From an uncultured Gammaproteobacteria bacterium (GTDB lineage: Bacteria > Pseudomonadota > Gammaproteobacteria > GCA-001735895): a stretch of DNA of 64,000 nucleotides. Positions 28,980-38,379 of the stretch are shown here, piece after piece (within the stretch, counting starts at the first letter, position 1; each line of letters opens with the position of its first letter). The position numbers and the translations under genes were made by a program. A model generated the notes under the pieces. It was not told the origin of the DNA and made no database searches. It saw only the letters and a list, made by a program, of their open reading frames with translations. The stretch covers positions 246 to 64,245 of the forward strand of contig CAVYHN010000032.1 of the NCBI GenBank assembly GCA_963768295.1, read 5' to 3'.

Positions 28980-29801
28980 TCAGATGTTGCGAATCAATTC
29001 GTTAATGCCGACCTTGGCACGGGTTTTCTCGTCCACCTGCTTGACGATAACCGCGCAGTAAAGGCTGTGGCTGCCATCGGCTGCGGGCAGGTTGCCCGAA
29101 ACGACGACCGACCCCGCGGGTACGCGGCCGTAGCTCACCTCGCCGGTTTCGCGGTTGTAAATCTTGGTGCTTTGCCCGATGTATACGCCCATCGAGATCA
29201 CCGAGTTTTTCTCGACGATGACGCCTTCGACGACTTCGGAACGCGCGCCGATAAAGCAATTGTCCTCGATGATCGTCGGCGAGGCCTGCAGTGGCTCGAG
29301 CACGCCGCCAATACCGACCCCGCCGGAAAGATGCACGTTCTTGCCGATTTGCGCACAGGAACCGACGGTGGCCCAGGTATCGACCATGGTGCCGCTATCG
29401 ACATAGGCGCCGATATTGACATAGGAAGGCATCATCACCACGCCGGCGGCGACGTAAGAGCCTTTGCGCGCCACCGCGGGCGGCACCACGCGCACGCCGC
29501 TGGCCGCATGCTGTTCGCTGCTCATGCCATCGAACTTGGAATCGACCTTGTCATAGTACTGCGTAAATCCGCCCGGCATGATTTCGTTTTCACGAATGCG
29601 GAATGACAGGAGCACGGCCTTTTTGAGCCATTCGTTGACTTGCCATCCGCCGTCGACCGGTTGCGCCACGCGCTGCTGGCCCGAGTCGAGCAATTGAATT
29701 GCCTCGAGCACCGCATTTTTGACTTCCGCGTCGACGTTAGCCGGGTTGATTTCAGCGCGATTTTCGAATGCCTGTTCGATAATTTGCTGAAGGTCTGCCA
29801 T
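28980..29801 (-). CDS. dapD: Tetrahydrodipicolinate N-succinyltransferase
   Basis: [15 protein letters not shown], hexapeptide repeats, [14 protein letters not shown]. Confidence 0.97.
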   Translation of the reverse strand: MADLQQIIEQAFENRAEINPANVDAEVKNAVLEAIQLLDSGQQRVAQPVDGGWQVNEWLKKAVLLSFRIRENEIMPGGFTQYYDKVDSKFDGMSSEQHAASGVRVVPPAVARKGSYVAAGVVMMPSYVNIGAYVDSGTMVDTWATVGSCAQIGKNVHLSGGVGIGGVLEPLQASPTIIEDNCFIGARSEVVEGVIVEKNSVISMGVYIGQSTKIYNRETGEVSYGRVPAGSVVVSGNLPAADGSHSLYCAVIVKQVDEKTRAKVGINELIRNI

Positions 29802-29811
29802 GAGTTGTCTC

Positions 29812-31011
29812 CTAAAGAGCTGATATCAGTGAGTTAATGCGCTGCGCCGCGTCCAGGCATTCGTCGAGTGGGGCCACCAGCGCCATGCGCACGCGATTTT
29901 CGCCAGGATTGCTGCCGTTGTGGTCGCGCGACAGGAAGCGTCCTGGGAGTACCGTGACGTTTTGCTCGGCGTACAAACGCCGCGCGAATTCGGTGTCGGG
30001 AACTGGCGTATTGGCCCACAGGTAAAATCCAGCCTGCGGTTTCTGCGGCGCGAGTGTATCAGAAAGCAGGGCTAAAACCTGCTCAAATTTTTGCCGGTAG
30101 CGGGCGCGGTTTTCGACCACGTGGCTTTCGTCGGACCAGGCCGCGGCGCTTGCGGTCTGGGTTGCCGACGGCAGTGCGCAGCCGTGATAAGTGCGGTAAA
30201 GCAGAAACTTTTCCAGAATGCGGGCATCCCCGGCAACAAAACCCGAGCGCAGTCCCGGCAGGTTGGAGCGTTTCGACAGGCTGTGGAAGGCGAGGCAGCG
30301 ATCGAAGCCATCGTTACCCATTGCTGCGGCAACACCGAGCAGTCCCGGCGGCGGAGTTCTTTCATCGAAGTATATTTCTGAGTAACACTCATCGCTGGCA
30401 ATGACAAAATCGTATCGATGGGCGAGCTCGATCAGGCGCTGCAGGTATTCATGTGGCATCACGGCGCCGGTTGGGTTGCCGGGTGAGCAGATATAGATCA
30501 GCTGGCAGCGTGACCATTCTTCGGCGGATACCTGATCGAGATTGGGCAGGAAATCGTTTTCCGGCAGGCAGTCGAGGTAACGCGGGGCCGCGCCGGCCAG
30601 CAGGGCCGCGCCCTCGTAGATCTGGTAAAACGGATTGGGCATGAATACCAGCGGGTGATCGCAATTGCGATCAACCACTGCCTGGGCGATCGCGAACAGG
30701 GCTTCGCGCGTGCCGCTAACCGGCAACAGATTAATTTCCGGATCGACCAGCGCCTGATTGATGGCGAAGCGGTTGCTGATCCAGGCCGCGATTGCCTCGC
30801 GTAACTCCTGCTTACCTTTGGTGCTGGGGTAATTCGACAACTGGTGCAGGTGTGCAATCAGGTTTTCGACGACGAAATGTGGCGCCGGATGCCGGGGTTC
30901 GCCGACCGATAAAGCGATATGATCGAGATTGCCCGGCGGCTGCAGCCCCTGTTTTAGTTCGGCCAGTTTTTCGAACGGGTAGCGGTGTAGCAGGGATAAG
31001 TCTTGGTTCAT
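29812..31011 (-). CDS. dapC: N-succinyldiaminopimelate aminotransferase (start set at MNQDL)
   Basis: [45 protein letters not shown]. Confidence 0.93.
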   Translation of the reverse strand: MNQDLSLLHRYPFEKLAELKQGLQPPGNLDHIALSVGEPRHPAPHFVVENLIAHLHQLSNYPSTKGKQELREAIAAWISNRFAINQALVDPEINLLPVSGTREALFAIAQAVVDRNCDHPLVFMPNPFYQIYEGAALLAGAAPRYLDCLPENDFLPNLDQVSAEEWSRCQLIYICSPGNPTGAVMPHEYLQRLIELAHRYDFVIASDECYSEIYFDERTPPPGLLGVAAAMGNDGFDRCLAFHSLSKRSNLPGLRSGFVAGDARILEKFLLYRTYHGCALPSATQTASAAAWSDESHVVENRARYRQKFEQVLALLSDTLAPQKPQAGFYLWANTPVPDTEFARRLYAEQNVTVLPGRFLSRDHNGSNPGENRVRMALVAPLDECLDAAQRINSLISAL

Positions 31012-31185
31012 TGATATTCGGTCCGGACTGGAGGCGATAGTATAGCGGCAGCGCCGAATTTTTGAATCCACGAGTCTATCGATTGCTTTGGTTGATTGCC
31101 GTAAGCCGTGATTAGTTCACTTTTTACCGGCTGGAAATTGAGATCCGGGTCCCAGTTCTGTTGCGCTGGAAATCTATAATTTAGT

Positions 31186-31246
31186 GCTTAAGACCCTCCT
31201 GTTATACGTTTGTGTGTTGACCCCATTCCCCAATGGGGTTTTTTTT
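31186..31246 (+). ncRNA. Candidate small RNA (~60 nt)
   Basis: TATAAT at 31175-31180, body containing CCCTCCT, and a plus-strand intrinsic terminator with no plus-strand gene upstream. Confidence 0.5.
31220..31246 (+). terminator. Intrinsic terminator
   Basis: ACCCCATT-CCCC-AATGGGGT 8-bp stem running into an 8-T tract. Confidence 0.8.
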
Positions 31247-31251
31247 GTCCC

Positions 31252-31356
31252 CTGGCCTGCTGCGCTTGCGCTAGCGGCGTTGGAATTTTGCGCGAGACGC
31301 TCGCCTACGGTTGGTACTGCTCGCGCCATCGCGCAAAATCCCGCCTTGCGCTCGCG
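31252..31356 (+). repeat. Dispersed palindromic repeat, copy 1
   Basis: 98 nt (31252-31349) match 39652-39749 with 6 mismatches; internal 11-bp stem ATTTTGCGCGA/TCGCGCAAAAT. Confidence 0.9.
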
Positions 31357-31490
31357 AGGCTCAGAAGCTCCATCTATTGGACCAGGACCTCATATTTTAT
31401 GTGTCATCCCTGCGCCAGCGGGTATATTGCTGACGTCATGCTAAAAAATTCCTGTCAGATATGCAGGAATTGTAAAATTTTCGGATGTTT

Positions 31491-31512
31491 ACCTCGCGAA
31501 GCATCGCGAGGT
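31491..31512. terminator. Hairpin just downstream of flgN
   Basis: ACCTCGCGA-AGCA-TCGCGAGGT perfect 9-bp stem. Confidence 0.45.
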
Positions 31513-31520
31513 GGGGGAAT

Positions 31521-32009
31521 TCAGGCGATGGCGATATCGCGGCGACCCGCGGGATTGATAGCCTGGCCCTTGTTACTGTAGGTTTTGCAGGTCGCGGATG
31601 TACCGCCCCCGGTCAGTATTCCAATCGAGCGTCTTACCCGGTCCTGGCCCTTGTTAACCAGCAGGCTGTTGATCTGTATCGACTGCCTTAAATCCATCAG
31701 GCTCGCGATCAATTGCTGGTAAAGTCCTGCCAGCAGTTGATCCTGGTCACACCAGTTGATGCACTTCTCAAGGCCATCGGGATCCTGGTCGAAACCAAAG
31801 TCTGTCAGCAGCTGGTAACGCTGTCGCTCGAGATTTTCGATATCTTCTATTGACAGGTCGGAGCTGGTCAGCGTTTGCTGCAGAGTTTCCAGTTGATCGT
31901 CGGCGATTGCATTCTTGACCACCAGCAGGTACTCGTTAGCCTGCGTGATCCGCTCGGTTTGAGCTTGCAGCAGTTCGCTCAAGCGTTGACGACACTGATC
32001 AGTATTCAT
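31521..32009 (-). CDS. flgN: Flagellar export chaperone FlgN
   Basis: Helical ~160-aa protein after flgM with QINSLLV and TYSNKG motifs. Confidence 0.85.
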   Translation of the reverse strand: MNTDQCRQRLSELLQAQTERITQANEYLLVVKNAIADDQLETLQQTLTSSDLSIEDIENLERQRYQLLTDFGFDQDPDGLEKCINWCDQDQLLAGLYQQLIASLMDLRQSIQINSLLVNKGQDRVRRSIGILTGGGTSATCKTYSNKGQAINPAGRRDIAIA

Positions 32010-32323
32010 GGCAGTAACTTTTCAATTTCGCTGTACTTACGTGCGACCACTTCGGCATCAGGCTGATACTCGCCTTTGGTCAATGCCTGCTTGACCGCAT
32101 CCACCCGGGCTTCGTTCACTTCGGGTAAATTCTTGATCTGTTCCCCCAGTTCCTCGAGCAGCGCGGCACTGCTAAGCTGGACGGTACTCGCTTCGTCAGA
32201 TTTAGCCGTGGGGGTCTTGCCCTGCGCGGATGGCTGGCTGGATTTTGCCGTGGAGCCGGCCCTGGTATCCGAAGCTACCCCGGTGTTGCGCAAGCGATTC
32301 TGTGTGTTAATCGGGTCAGGCAT
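32006..32323 (-). CDS. flgM: Anti-sigma28 factor FlgM
   Basis: VQLSSAA...PEVNEARVDAVKQALTKGEYQPDAEVVARK. Confidence 0.92.
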   Translation of the reverse strand: MPDPINTQNRLRNTGVASDTRAGSTAKSSQPSAQGKTPTAKSDEASTVQLSSAALLEELGEQIKNLPEVNEARVDAVKQALTKGEYQPDAEVVARKYSEIEKLLP

Positions 32324-32354
32324 TGCTGATCTCCTTAGATATTACCCATGTACT

Positions 32355-32381
32355 CTATCGGCAGTCCGATAAAAATATTAA
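32355..32381 (-). promoter_or_regulatory. Sigma28 (FliA) promoter of flgMN
   Basis: Minus strand TTAA-N15-GCCGATAG (consensus TAAA-N15-GCCGATAA). Confidence 0.8.
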
Positions 32382-32405
32382 CTGCAATTACTGGAAAAAA
32401 ATTCA

Positions 32406-33128
32406 TTATATGCTTATCCGCACCAGTCCTTCACCCGAAACCACGCCTTCGACGACCTTCAACGACTGGCTGTTGCGCACCTTGACGAGTTGGCCCAGGG
32501 TCGCCGACTGCAGTGCTTTACCGGTTGATTTGATCTGCAGGCCGTTGTAATTCAGTACCAGTGTTACCTGCTGCCCGGACCGCACCATTAACAGCGGCGC
32601 CAGTCTGGACGGCGTAAGCACGGTTCCGCGTGCCAGGTTACGCCTGGCCTGCAGCTGTTCCAGCGCGCTGCTTTTCGAGTAGTAGCCATTTTTTAGGCGC
32701 GCAATATTGTGTTTTTGGAAAGTAATTGCCGAATCGTCAATTTTTTGACCTTTGAGCAATGGTTTAGCGGTGACGATAACGTCGTCGAATACGTCAATGC
32801 GTACCGGTAAATGAATTTTCCATCCCGCCGTGGTCGGACAGCGTACCAGTAAAGAGGTATTACCATGCACCATATCGCGGCGATTGAATTCGATCGAGAG
32901 CGCTTCGTGACAGGCTTTGAGACGCAGCCTGGAGTCCAGGTTGCCGAGCTGAAAGCGCGGTGGATAGGGGCTTTGGTAAGGGTAACTCGAGATGAAAGAC
33001 TCGGCCTGCAGTCGAATCGACGCCAGGCTCTGTATCGCCGTTGCGTGTGCCGAAAAACTTGACGACAGCAACAGGCAAAAAGTAACTGACGCGAGTAACG
33101 CCGTTCTGGTAACGATATTTGTGATCAT
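32406..33128 (-). CDS. flgA: Flagellar basal-body P-ring formation chaperone FlgA
   Basis: DSRLRLKAC, LMVRSGQQV, GKALQSATLGQLVKVRNSQS; start MITNIV chosen because the sigma54 promoter overlaps the longer start. Confidence 0.93.
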   Translation of the reverse strand: MITNIVTRTALLASVTFCLLLSSSFSAHATAIQSLASIRLQAESFISSYPYQSPYPPRFQLGNLDSRLRLKACHEALSIEFNRRDMVHGNTSLLVRCPTTAGWKIHLPVRIDVFDDVIVTAKPLLKGQKIDDSAITFQKHNIARLKNGYYSKSSALEQLQARRNLARGTVLTPSRLAPLLMVRSGQQVTLVLNYNGLQIKSTGKALQSATLGQLVKVRNSQSLKVVEGVVSGEGLVRISI

Positions 33129-33153
33129 TGCTTGTCTCATCGAAAATAGTAGC

Positions 33154-33169
33154 TGCAATTATCAGGCCA
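33154..33169 (-). promoter_or_regulatory. Sigma54 promoter of flgA
   Basis: Minus strand TGGCCTGATAATTGCA, GG-N10-GC spacing. Confidence 0.75.
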
Positions 33170-33599
33170 ATATTTTCAGGGTGTCGTCGCTTTAAGTAGC
33201 CGGGGGCGCGCTCGACAATTTCGCTGGCGCACATATCGCAATCGCATCGCGCGGCGGGCGACATCGCCAGGCGCTGGTTATTTCCGCTATGCAAATGCCG
33301 GCAATGGACAGTTAAGCATTTACCAGCGGGCTGCGCGCAAACCTGCGCCTCGAATATCTATACCTTAATTATGTATACCTCGATGAACAGGTTGTTCAAG
33401 CAGAGCAAGGTCGCTTGGGCTGGCGCGAACAAGTTCATTGCCAGGTTCGACCCTGATATCCTCGCCAGGGCAGTAATTATGAGTGCCCCGGGAATTGTCC
33501 TCAAACAGGCGGCAATATTGCCTCCCGCGGTTGCCGCCTTGCCGCTCTCATCCCCAGGCTGGCCAGCTAAGTTATTGATTTAAAATGATAACAGGTCGA

Positions 33600-33615
33600 T
33601 GGCACCGTCCATGCA
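33600..33615 (+). promoter_or_regulatory. Sigma54 promoter of the flgB operon
   Basis: TGGCACCGTCCATGCA, GG-N10-GC spacing, 35 nt before flgB. Confidence 0.8.
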
Positions 33616-33649
33616 TTGGTATCCGTATTGTTGATTTACGGTAAGAACC

Positions 33650-34051
33650 ATGCCCATCAGTTTTGACAGAGCCCTTTCCATACACGATGACGCGCTGCTG
33701 CTACGCGGCCAGCGTTCATCGATTCTGGCATCCAATATCGCCAATGTCGACACGCCGAACTATAAGGCGCGCGATATCGATTTTGGCGCCATGCTGCGCA
33801 GCGCAAGCCAGCGGCAGGCGGATAACGTCTCACTGGCCAGCACCCATCGTGATCATATCGCGCTGGATTCCAGTCAGGCTCGGACGACGTTGATGTATCG
33901 CAATCCCTTGCACCCATCGCTCGACGGCAACAGCGTCGACGCGCATATCGAACAGGCCAAGTTCGCTGAGAATGCCATGTTGTACCAGACCAGCTTTACC
34001 TTTCTCAACGGCAAGTTCAACGGCCTGATGAAAGCCCTTAAAGGAGAATAA
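33650..34051 (+). CDS. flgB: Flagellar basal-body rod protein FlgB
   Basis: LASNIANVDTPNYKARD, SLDGNSVD. Confidence 0.96.
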   Translation: MPISFDRALSIHDDALLLRGQRSSILASNIANVDTPNYKARDIDFGAMLRSASQRQADNVSLASTHRDHIALDSSQARTTLMYRNPLHPSLDGNSVDAHIEQAKFAENAMLYQTSFTFLNGKFNGLMKALKGE

Positions 34052-34053
34052 TC

Positions 34054-34464
34054 ATGGGACTGCTTGCCAACTTTAACATTTCGGGCAGCGCCATCAGCGC
34101 ACAGTCAACGCGTCTTAACACGGTCGCCAGTAATCTCGCCAATGTCGAAACCATCGCCAGCAGCGAAGCCGAGGCATATCGTTCACGCCAGCCGGTGTTT
34201 CAGGCGCTGTTCGATAACCAGGGCAGGCCCGGCGAAGTCGGTGTCAACATGCTTGGCATCGTCGAAAGCCAGCGCGGTGTAGAACGCCGCTACGATCCGG
34301 GTCATGCGCTTGCCAACGAAGAAGGCTACGTATTTGGCAGCAACGTCAACCCGATTGAAGAGATGGCGAACATGATTTCGGCCTCGCGCGCCTACCAGAA
34401 TAACGTCGAGGTGTTAAACACCTCGCGTGACCTGTTGATGCGCGCGCTGTCGCTGGGCAGCTAA
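34054..34464 (+). CDS. flgC: Flagellar basal-body rod protein FlgC
   Basis: RLNTVASNLAN, YDPGHALA, SNVNPIEEMANMISASRAYQ. Confidence 0.96.
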   Translation: MGLLANFNISGSAISAQSTRLNTVASNLANVETIASSEAEAYRSRQPVFQALFDNQGRPGEVGVNMLGIVESQRGVERRYDPGHALANEEGYVFGSNVNPIEEMANMISASRAYQNNVEVLNTSRDLLMRALSLGS

Positions 34465-34476
34465 CGGAGACGAAGC

Positions 34477-35154
34477 ATGACTGATATCGATAGCAAGAAT
34501 ATCTATACCCAGCTGGGTTTGAACAAGGCGTTGAACACCGATAGCAAGGCAAACGATGAGCTTGGCCAGGCCGAGTTCCTCGAATTGATGACCGCCCAGC
34601 TCAGGTTCCAGGATCCGCTGCAACCGATGGAGAATGGCGACTTCCTCGGGCAGATGGCGCAGTTTGGCACCGTTAGTGGAATCAACGAGTTAAATACCAC
34701 TTTCAACACCTTGAGTTCCTCGTTCCAGTCGAACCAGGCGCTGCAGGCGTCGACGCTGGTGGGCCGGCGGGTAATGGTGCCGTCGCAAAGCGCCTTTCTG
34801 AATGACGGTGAATCCGTGCTGGGATCGGTCGAACTCGAGCAGCCTGCCAGCAAGATGGTCATAACAGTCAAGAATGGAGCCGGGCAGTTGGTACACCGCC
34901 AGGAGTTGGGCATCCAGCAGGCCGGGCTGGTTGATTTTGAATGGAACGGCCAGGATGCGGACGGCAACAGTTTGCCGGGCGGACAGTACCAGATCGGAGC
35001 CGAGGTTTATCGTGGAACCGAGGTCACAGCAGGAACGATGTATACGGTGGTTGATGTCGAGAGTGTAACGCTCGGCGCCGGTGGCCAGGATTTAACGCTT
35101 AGCGTTTCCGGCCTCGGCGATATCGATATGAGCCAGGTTCGCAAAATAATGTAG
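34477..35154 (+). CDS. flgD: Flagellar hook assembly protein FlgD
   Basis: FLELMTAQLRFQDPLQPM, QMAQF, ASTLVGR. Confidence 0.95.
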   Translation: MTDIDSKNIYTQLGLNKALNTDSKANDELGQAEFLELMTAQLRFQDPLQPMENGDFLGQMAQFGTVSGINELNTTFNTLSSSFQSNQALQASTLVGRRVMVPSQSAFLNDGESVLGSVELEQPASKMVITVKNGAGQLVHRQELGIQQAGLVDFEWNGQDADGNSLPGGQYQIGAEVYRGTEVTAGTMYTVVDVESVTLGAGGQDLTLSVSGLGDIDMSQVRKIM

Positions 35155-35183
35155 TTAGTAGTGTAATTAGTCAGGAGAAAACA

Positions 35184-36509
35184 ATGTCATTTAATACAGC
35201 ACTCAGCGGATTACAGGCCGCTACCGTCGACCTCAGCGTCACCAGTAACAACATCGCCAATGTCGCGACCACCGGATTCAAGGGTTCGCGCGCAGAGTTT
35301 GGTGATATTTTCGAAATATCGCCATTTGGCAGCACCCCGACTGCCGTCGGCAGTGGTGTCAAGGTGACCAGCGTGAGCCAGCAGTTCGATCAGGGAAACC
35401 TCAAGTTCACCGATGCCGCTCTCGACATGGCGATCAGCGGACAGGGATTTTTTGTTACCAACAAGGCGCTCGCCGGTAGCGACATATCCTATACCCGCGC
35501 CGGCCAGTTTCGTGCCGACAACGCGGGCTATATCACCAACAGCACCGGTGAGTACCTGCAGGCTTTTCCGGTGGACGCGAACGGTAACGTGACCTCCACC
35601 AGCCTGAACACCACGGTGCCGATTCAGCTGCCGGCTTCAACCGGATCGCCGCAGGCGAGCACCGAGGTAGAGGTGGGCGTCAACCTGAACGCCTCCAGCA
35701 CTGCGGTCGATCCGGCGCTGTTCGATCCGACCGCGAGCAATACCTATTCGCATTCGACCTCGACTACGGTCTTCGATTCGCTGGGCGCTTCGCACGTATT
35801 GTCGTACTACTTCGTACACGATCTGCCGGGTTCGGCGACTAACGCCGCCAACGACCCGAATCAATGGGCCGTGTTCACCTACCTGGATGGCGCCGAGGTC
35901 GATGTCGCCGGCGGTACCGCGATTGGTCATTTTAACGGTGGTGTAGCGGTTGCGCATGACGCGGCGCTGCTGAATTTTAACCCGGATGGTTCGCTTAGCA
36001 TCCCCACCTCGCCGGCGCTGATACAGAATGCGGGCGTGGCATTGACCAACGGCGCCAGTCCGCTGACGGTGACGCATGACTTTGCCAATAACGCTACCAC
36101 CCAGTATGCGACCGGATTTTCGGTGAGCACGTTGTCTTCGGATGGCTATGCCACGGGGCGTTTAACCGGCCTGGATATTTCGGAAACCGGATTAATGCGC
36201 GCAACCTTCAGTAATGGCATCGCCACGCCGCTGGGGCAGATCGCGATGGCGGATTTCCCCAATTCCCAGGGATTGCGCTCGCTGGGCGACACTTCCTGGC
36301 GTGAAACCATCGATTCCGGTGCGGTGCTTACCGGCTCGGCTGGCACCGGCCGCTTCGGGTTGATTCAGTCGGGCGCGCTGGAAACCTCCAACGTCGATTT
36401 GACGCAGCAACTGGTTAACCTGATCACCGCGCAGCGAAACTTTCAGGCCAATGCTCGCTCGATCGAAACCTCGAACACGATTACCGACACTGTAATCCAG
36501 ATTCGATAG
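35184..36509 (+). CDS. flgE: Flagellar hook protein FlgE
   Basis: SNNIANVATTGFK, YTRAGQF, GALETSNVDLTQQLV. Confidence 0.96.
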   Translation: MSFNTALSGLQAATVDLSVTSNNIANVATTGFKGSRAEFGDIFEISPFGSTPTAVGSGVKVTSVSQQFDQGNLKFTDAALDMAISGQGFFVTNKALAGSDISYTRAGQFRADNAGYITNSTGEYLQAFPVDANGNVTSTSLNTTVPIQLPASTGSPQASTEVEVGVNLNASSTAVDPALFDPTASNTYSHSTSTTVFDSLGASHVLSYYFVHDLPGSATNAANDPNQWAVFTYLDGAEVDVAGGTAIGHFNGGVAVAHDAALLNFNPDGSLSIPTSPALIQNAGVALTNGASPLTVTHDFANNATTQYATGFSVSTLSSDGYATGRLTGLDISETGLMRATFSNGIATPLGQIAMADFPNSQGLRSLGDTSWRETIDSGAVLTGSAGTGRFGLIQSGALETSNVDLTQQLVNLITAQRNFQANARSIETSNTITDTVIQIR

Positions 36510-36531
36510 GGTTAAACGGAGATAGATCGAG

Positions 36532-37275
36532 ATGGATAAGTATCTTTACCTCGCGATGAATGGAGCTGCGCAAGCGATGCTTGCGCAGCAGAACAATGCC
36601 AACAATCTCGCCAACATCAGCACGGTCGGATTCAAGGCGACGCTGGATCATTTCCAGTCAGACCCTGTTTCCGGTCCGGGCCATCTCGATCGTGTCTACG
36701 CCAGCAACCAGGCTGCCGGCGCCAATCTCAACCCTGGTGCGGTTACGACTACCGGGCGACCGCTTGACCTGGCGATCAGTGGTGACGGCTGGTTTGCGGT
36801 TCAGGCCCCCGATGGCGGTACCGCCTACTCGCGTCGCGGTGATTTCAGAATCGATCCGGCAGGCCTGCTGCTCAATGGCGCCAATCAGATCGTGCTCGGC
36901 GAAAGCGGGCCGATCACGATTCCCCAGTTCGAAAGTCTCGAAATCGGTCGCGACGGCAGTATCAGCATCCGTGCCGCGGGCCAGGCCGCCAACACCCTGG
37001 TGGGCGTGGACCGAATTCGGCTGGTGAACCCGTCTCAGGACGAGCTTTATCGCGGTGACGATGGGCTATTCCGCAGCCGTAACGCTGCCGAATTGCCGGC
37101 CGATGCGTCGGTTGCGGTAACCTCGGGCGCGCTCGAGTCCAGCAACGTCAACGCCGTCGACGCGATGGTGCGGATGATCGACTATGCGCGTTTCTATGAG
37201 CAACAGGTTAAGCTGATGAAACTGGCCAGCGAGAACGATGCCGCCAGCGCGCGCTTGATGCGTATGTCAGGCTAG
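36532..37275 (+). CDS. flgF: Flagellar basal-body rod protein FlgF
   Basis: MDKYLYLAM, ANNLANISTVGFK, TGRPLDLAI, LESSNVNAV. Confidence 0.94.
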   Translation: MDKYLYLAMNGAAQAMLAQQNNANNLANISTVGFKATLDHFQSDPVSGPGHLDRVYASNQAAGANLNPGAVTTTGRPLDLAISGDGWFAVQAPDGGTAYSRRGDFRIDPAGLLLNGANQIVLGESGPITIPQFESLEIGRDGSISIRAAGQAANTLVGVDRIRLVNPSQDELYRGDDGLFRSRNAAELPADASVAVTSGALESSNVNAVDAMVRMIDYARFYEQQVKLMKLASENDAASARLMRMSG

Positions 37276-37311
37276 CGCAAAATAACCCGGCACTAACAAC
37301 CGGGATCCGCC

Positions 37312-37803
37312 TTGACCGAATCAGATGACCCGCGCGAGGATTACCTGGCGCTACGAGAATCCACCGCCAGTGTGCAACTGGCAACGCTAACCCCGGATGA
37401 CAATCCTGAAGCCAGCTATGCACCCTGCGTCTGGCTCGACGGAGATTGCTATCTTTATCTCAGCGGGCTGTCGAGTCATAGCGCTAACCTTGAGGGTAAT
37501 CCGAAGATCAGCCTGTTGCTGATCGACGAGGCCGCCAGAGCACCCAACGCTTTTGCGCGCAAACGCGCCAGCCTGCAGGGCAGGGCGCAGATCATAAAAC
37601 GCGATGACGCGGTCTTTACCCGCGTGATGCGGATGTTTCATGAACGCTTCGGCAAGGTGATGCAGATCATCGAACCCTTGCCTGATTTTCGCCTGTTTCG
37701 CGTCGCTGCGTCGTCGGGTAGCTTTATTCGGGGTTTCGGTCAGGCTTACGAGTTGAGCGGTGCCGGACTGGAGCAGATGGCACCGGTCGACCCTAGAAAA
37801 TAG
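37312..37803 (+). CDS. Pyridoxamine 5'-phosphate oxidase-like / HugZ family protein
   Basis: PEASYAP, LSGLSSHSANL, FIRGFGQAY. Confidence 0.85.
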   Translation: MTESDDPREDYLALRESTASVQLATLTPDDNPEASYAPCVWLDGDCYLYLSGLSSHSANLEGNPKISLLLIDEAARAPNAFARKRASLQGRAQIIKRDDAVFTRVMRMFHERFGKVMQIIEPLPDFRLFRVAASSGSFIRGFGQAYELSGAGLEQMAPVDPRK

Positions 37804-37827
37804 GTGTTTACAGGGTGCTGCGCGGTA

Positions 37828-38331
37828 TTAGCCTAAGTCGACAATTGCTTCAGCGGCGATTATTTTCTCCACTTCCTGCCTGAGATCATCCGCCTGGTAC
37901 ATGCCGCCCGGTGTTTCCGAGATTGCGTGATACCAGGGTTTGACCAGGTGCCTGAGCGCATCGATATTATCGGCGTCGTTGATTTCATCGATGAGTTTGG
38001 CGACGCGCACGCGGTTGGCGAAGGTTAGCAGCGTATTACACATGAATTCGCGCGCGCTGACTTCGAATGCGGATGCAGTTTTGTCAGCCTCGGGTTCGAA
38101 ATCTATCTGCGGGCTGGTCGCGCTATCCTGCGCGATAAAGCCGCCGTCGAGCAGGACCCCCAGGATTTCGGCGGTGTCTTCGCATAGCGACAGCTGTTGC
38201 AGCGTTGCCGCGTTGTTTTCGCCGTTGACCAGGATTAATACGCGCCGCTGTTTCATCGACAGCGCGTTGGTCCTGGTTTCAACCTCTGTCTGGCCTTTAA
38301 CCGTTTTATGAAAGATTTCGCTCGCTTTCAT
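37828..38331 (-). CDS. Hypothetical protein
   Basis: 167-aa ORF with a KTVKGQTEVETRTNALSMKQRRVLILVNG N-terminus, possibly a winged-helix-like domain. Confidence 0.65.
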   Translation of the reverse strand: MKASEIFHKTVKGQTEVETRTNALSMKQRRVLILVNGENNAATLQQLSLCEDTAEILGVLLDGGFIAQDSATSPQIDFEPEADKTASAFEVSAREFMCNTLLTFANRVRVAKLIDEINDADNIDALRHLVKPWYHAISETPGGMYQADDLRQEVEKIIAAEAIVDLG

Positions 38332-38379
38332 TGGTCGCCTGGTCCGCTGATCTGGGTATGATACTTATCGGCAGGCTAA

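Noticed and set aside
31184-31581. ORFs over the repeats (31184-31444, 31210-31581, 39611-39946, 39490-39729)
   Set aside because: Their mutual similarity comes from the DNA repeat, and they run through terminators.
33170-33599. Hidden gene or riboswitch in the long flgA-flgB intergenic region
   Set aside because: No credible ORF or RNA motif; the length fits enhancer sites for two divergent sigma54 promoters.
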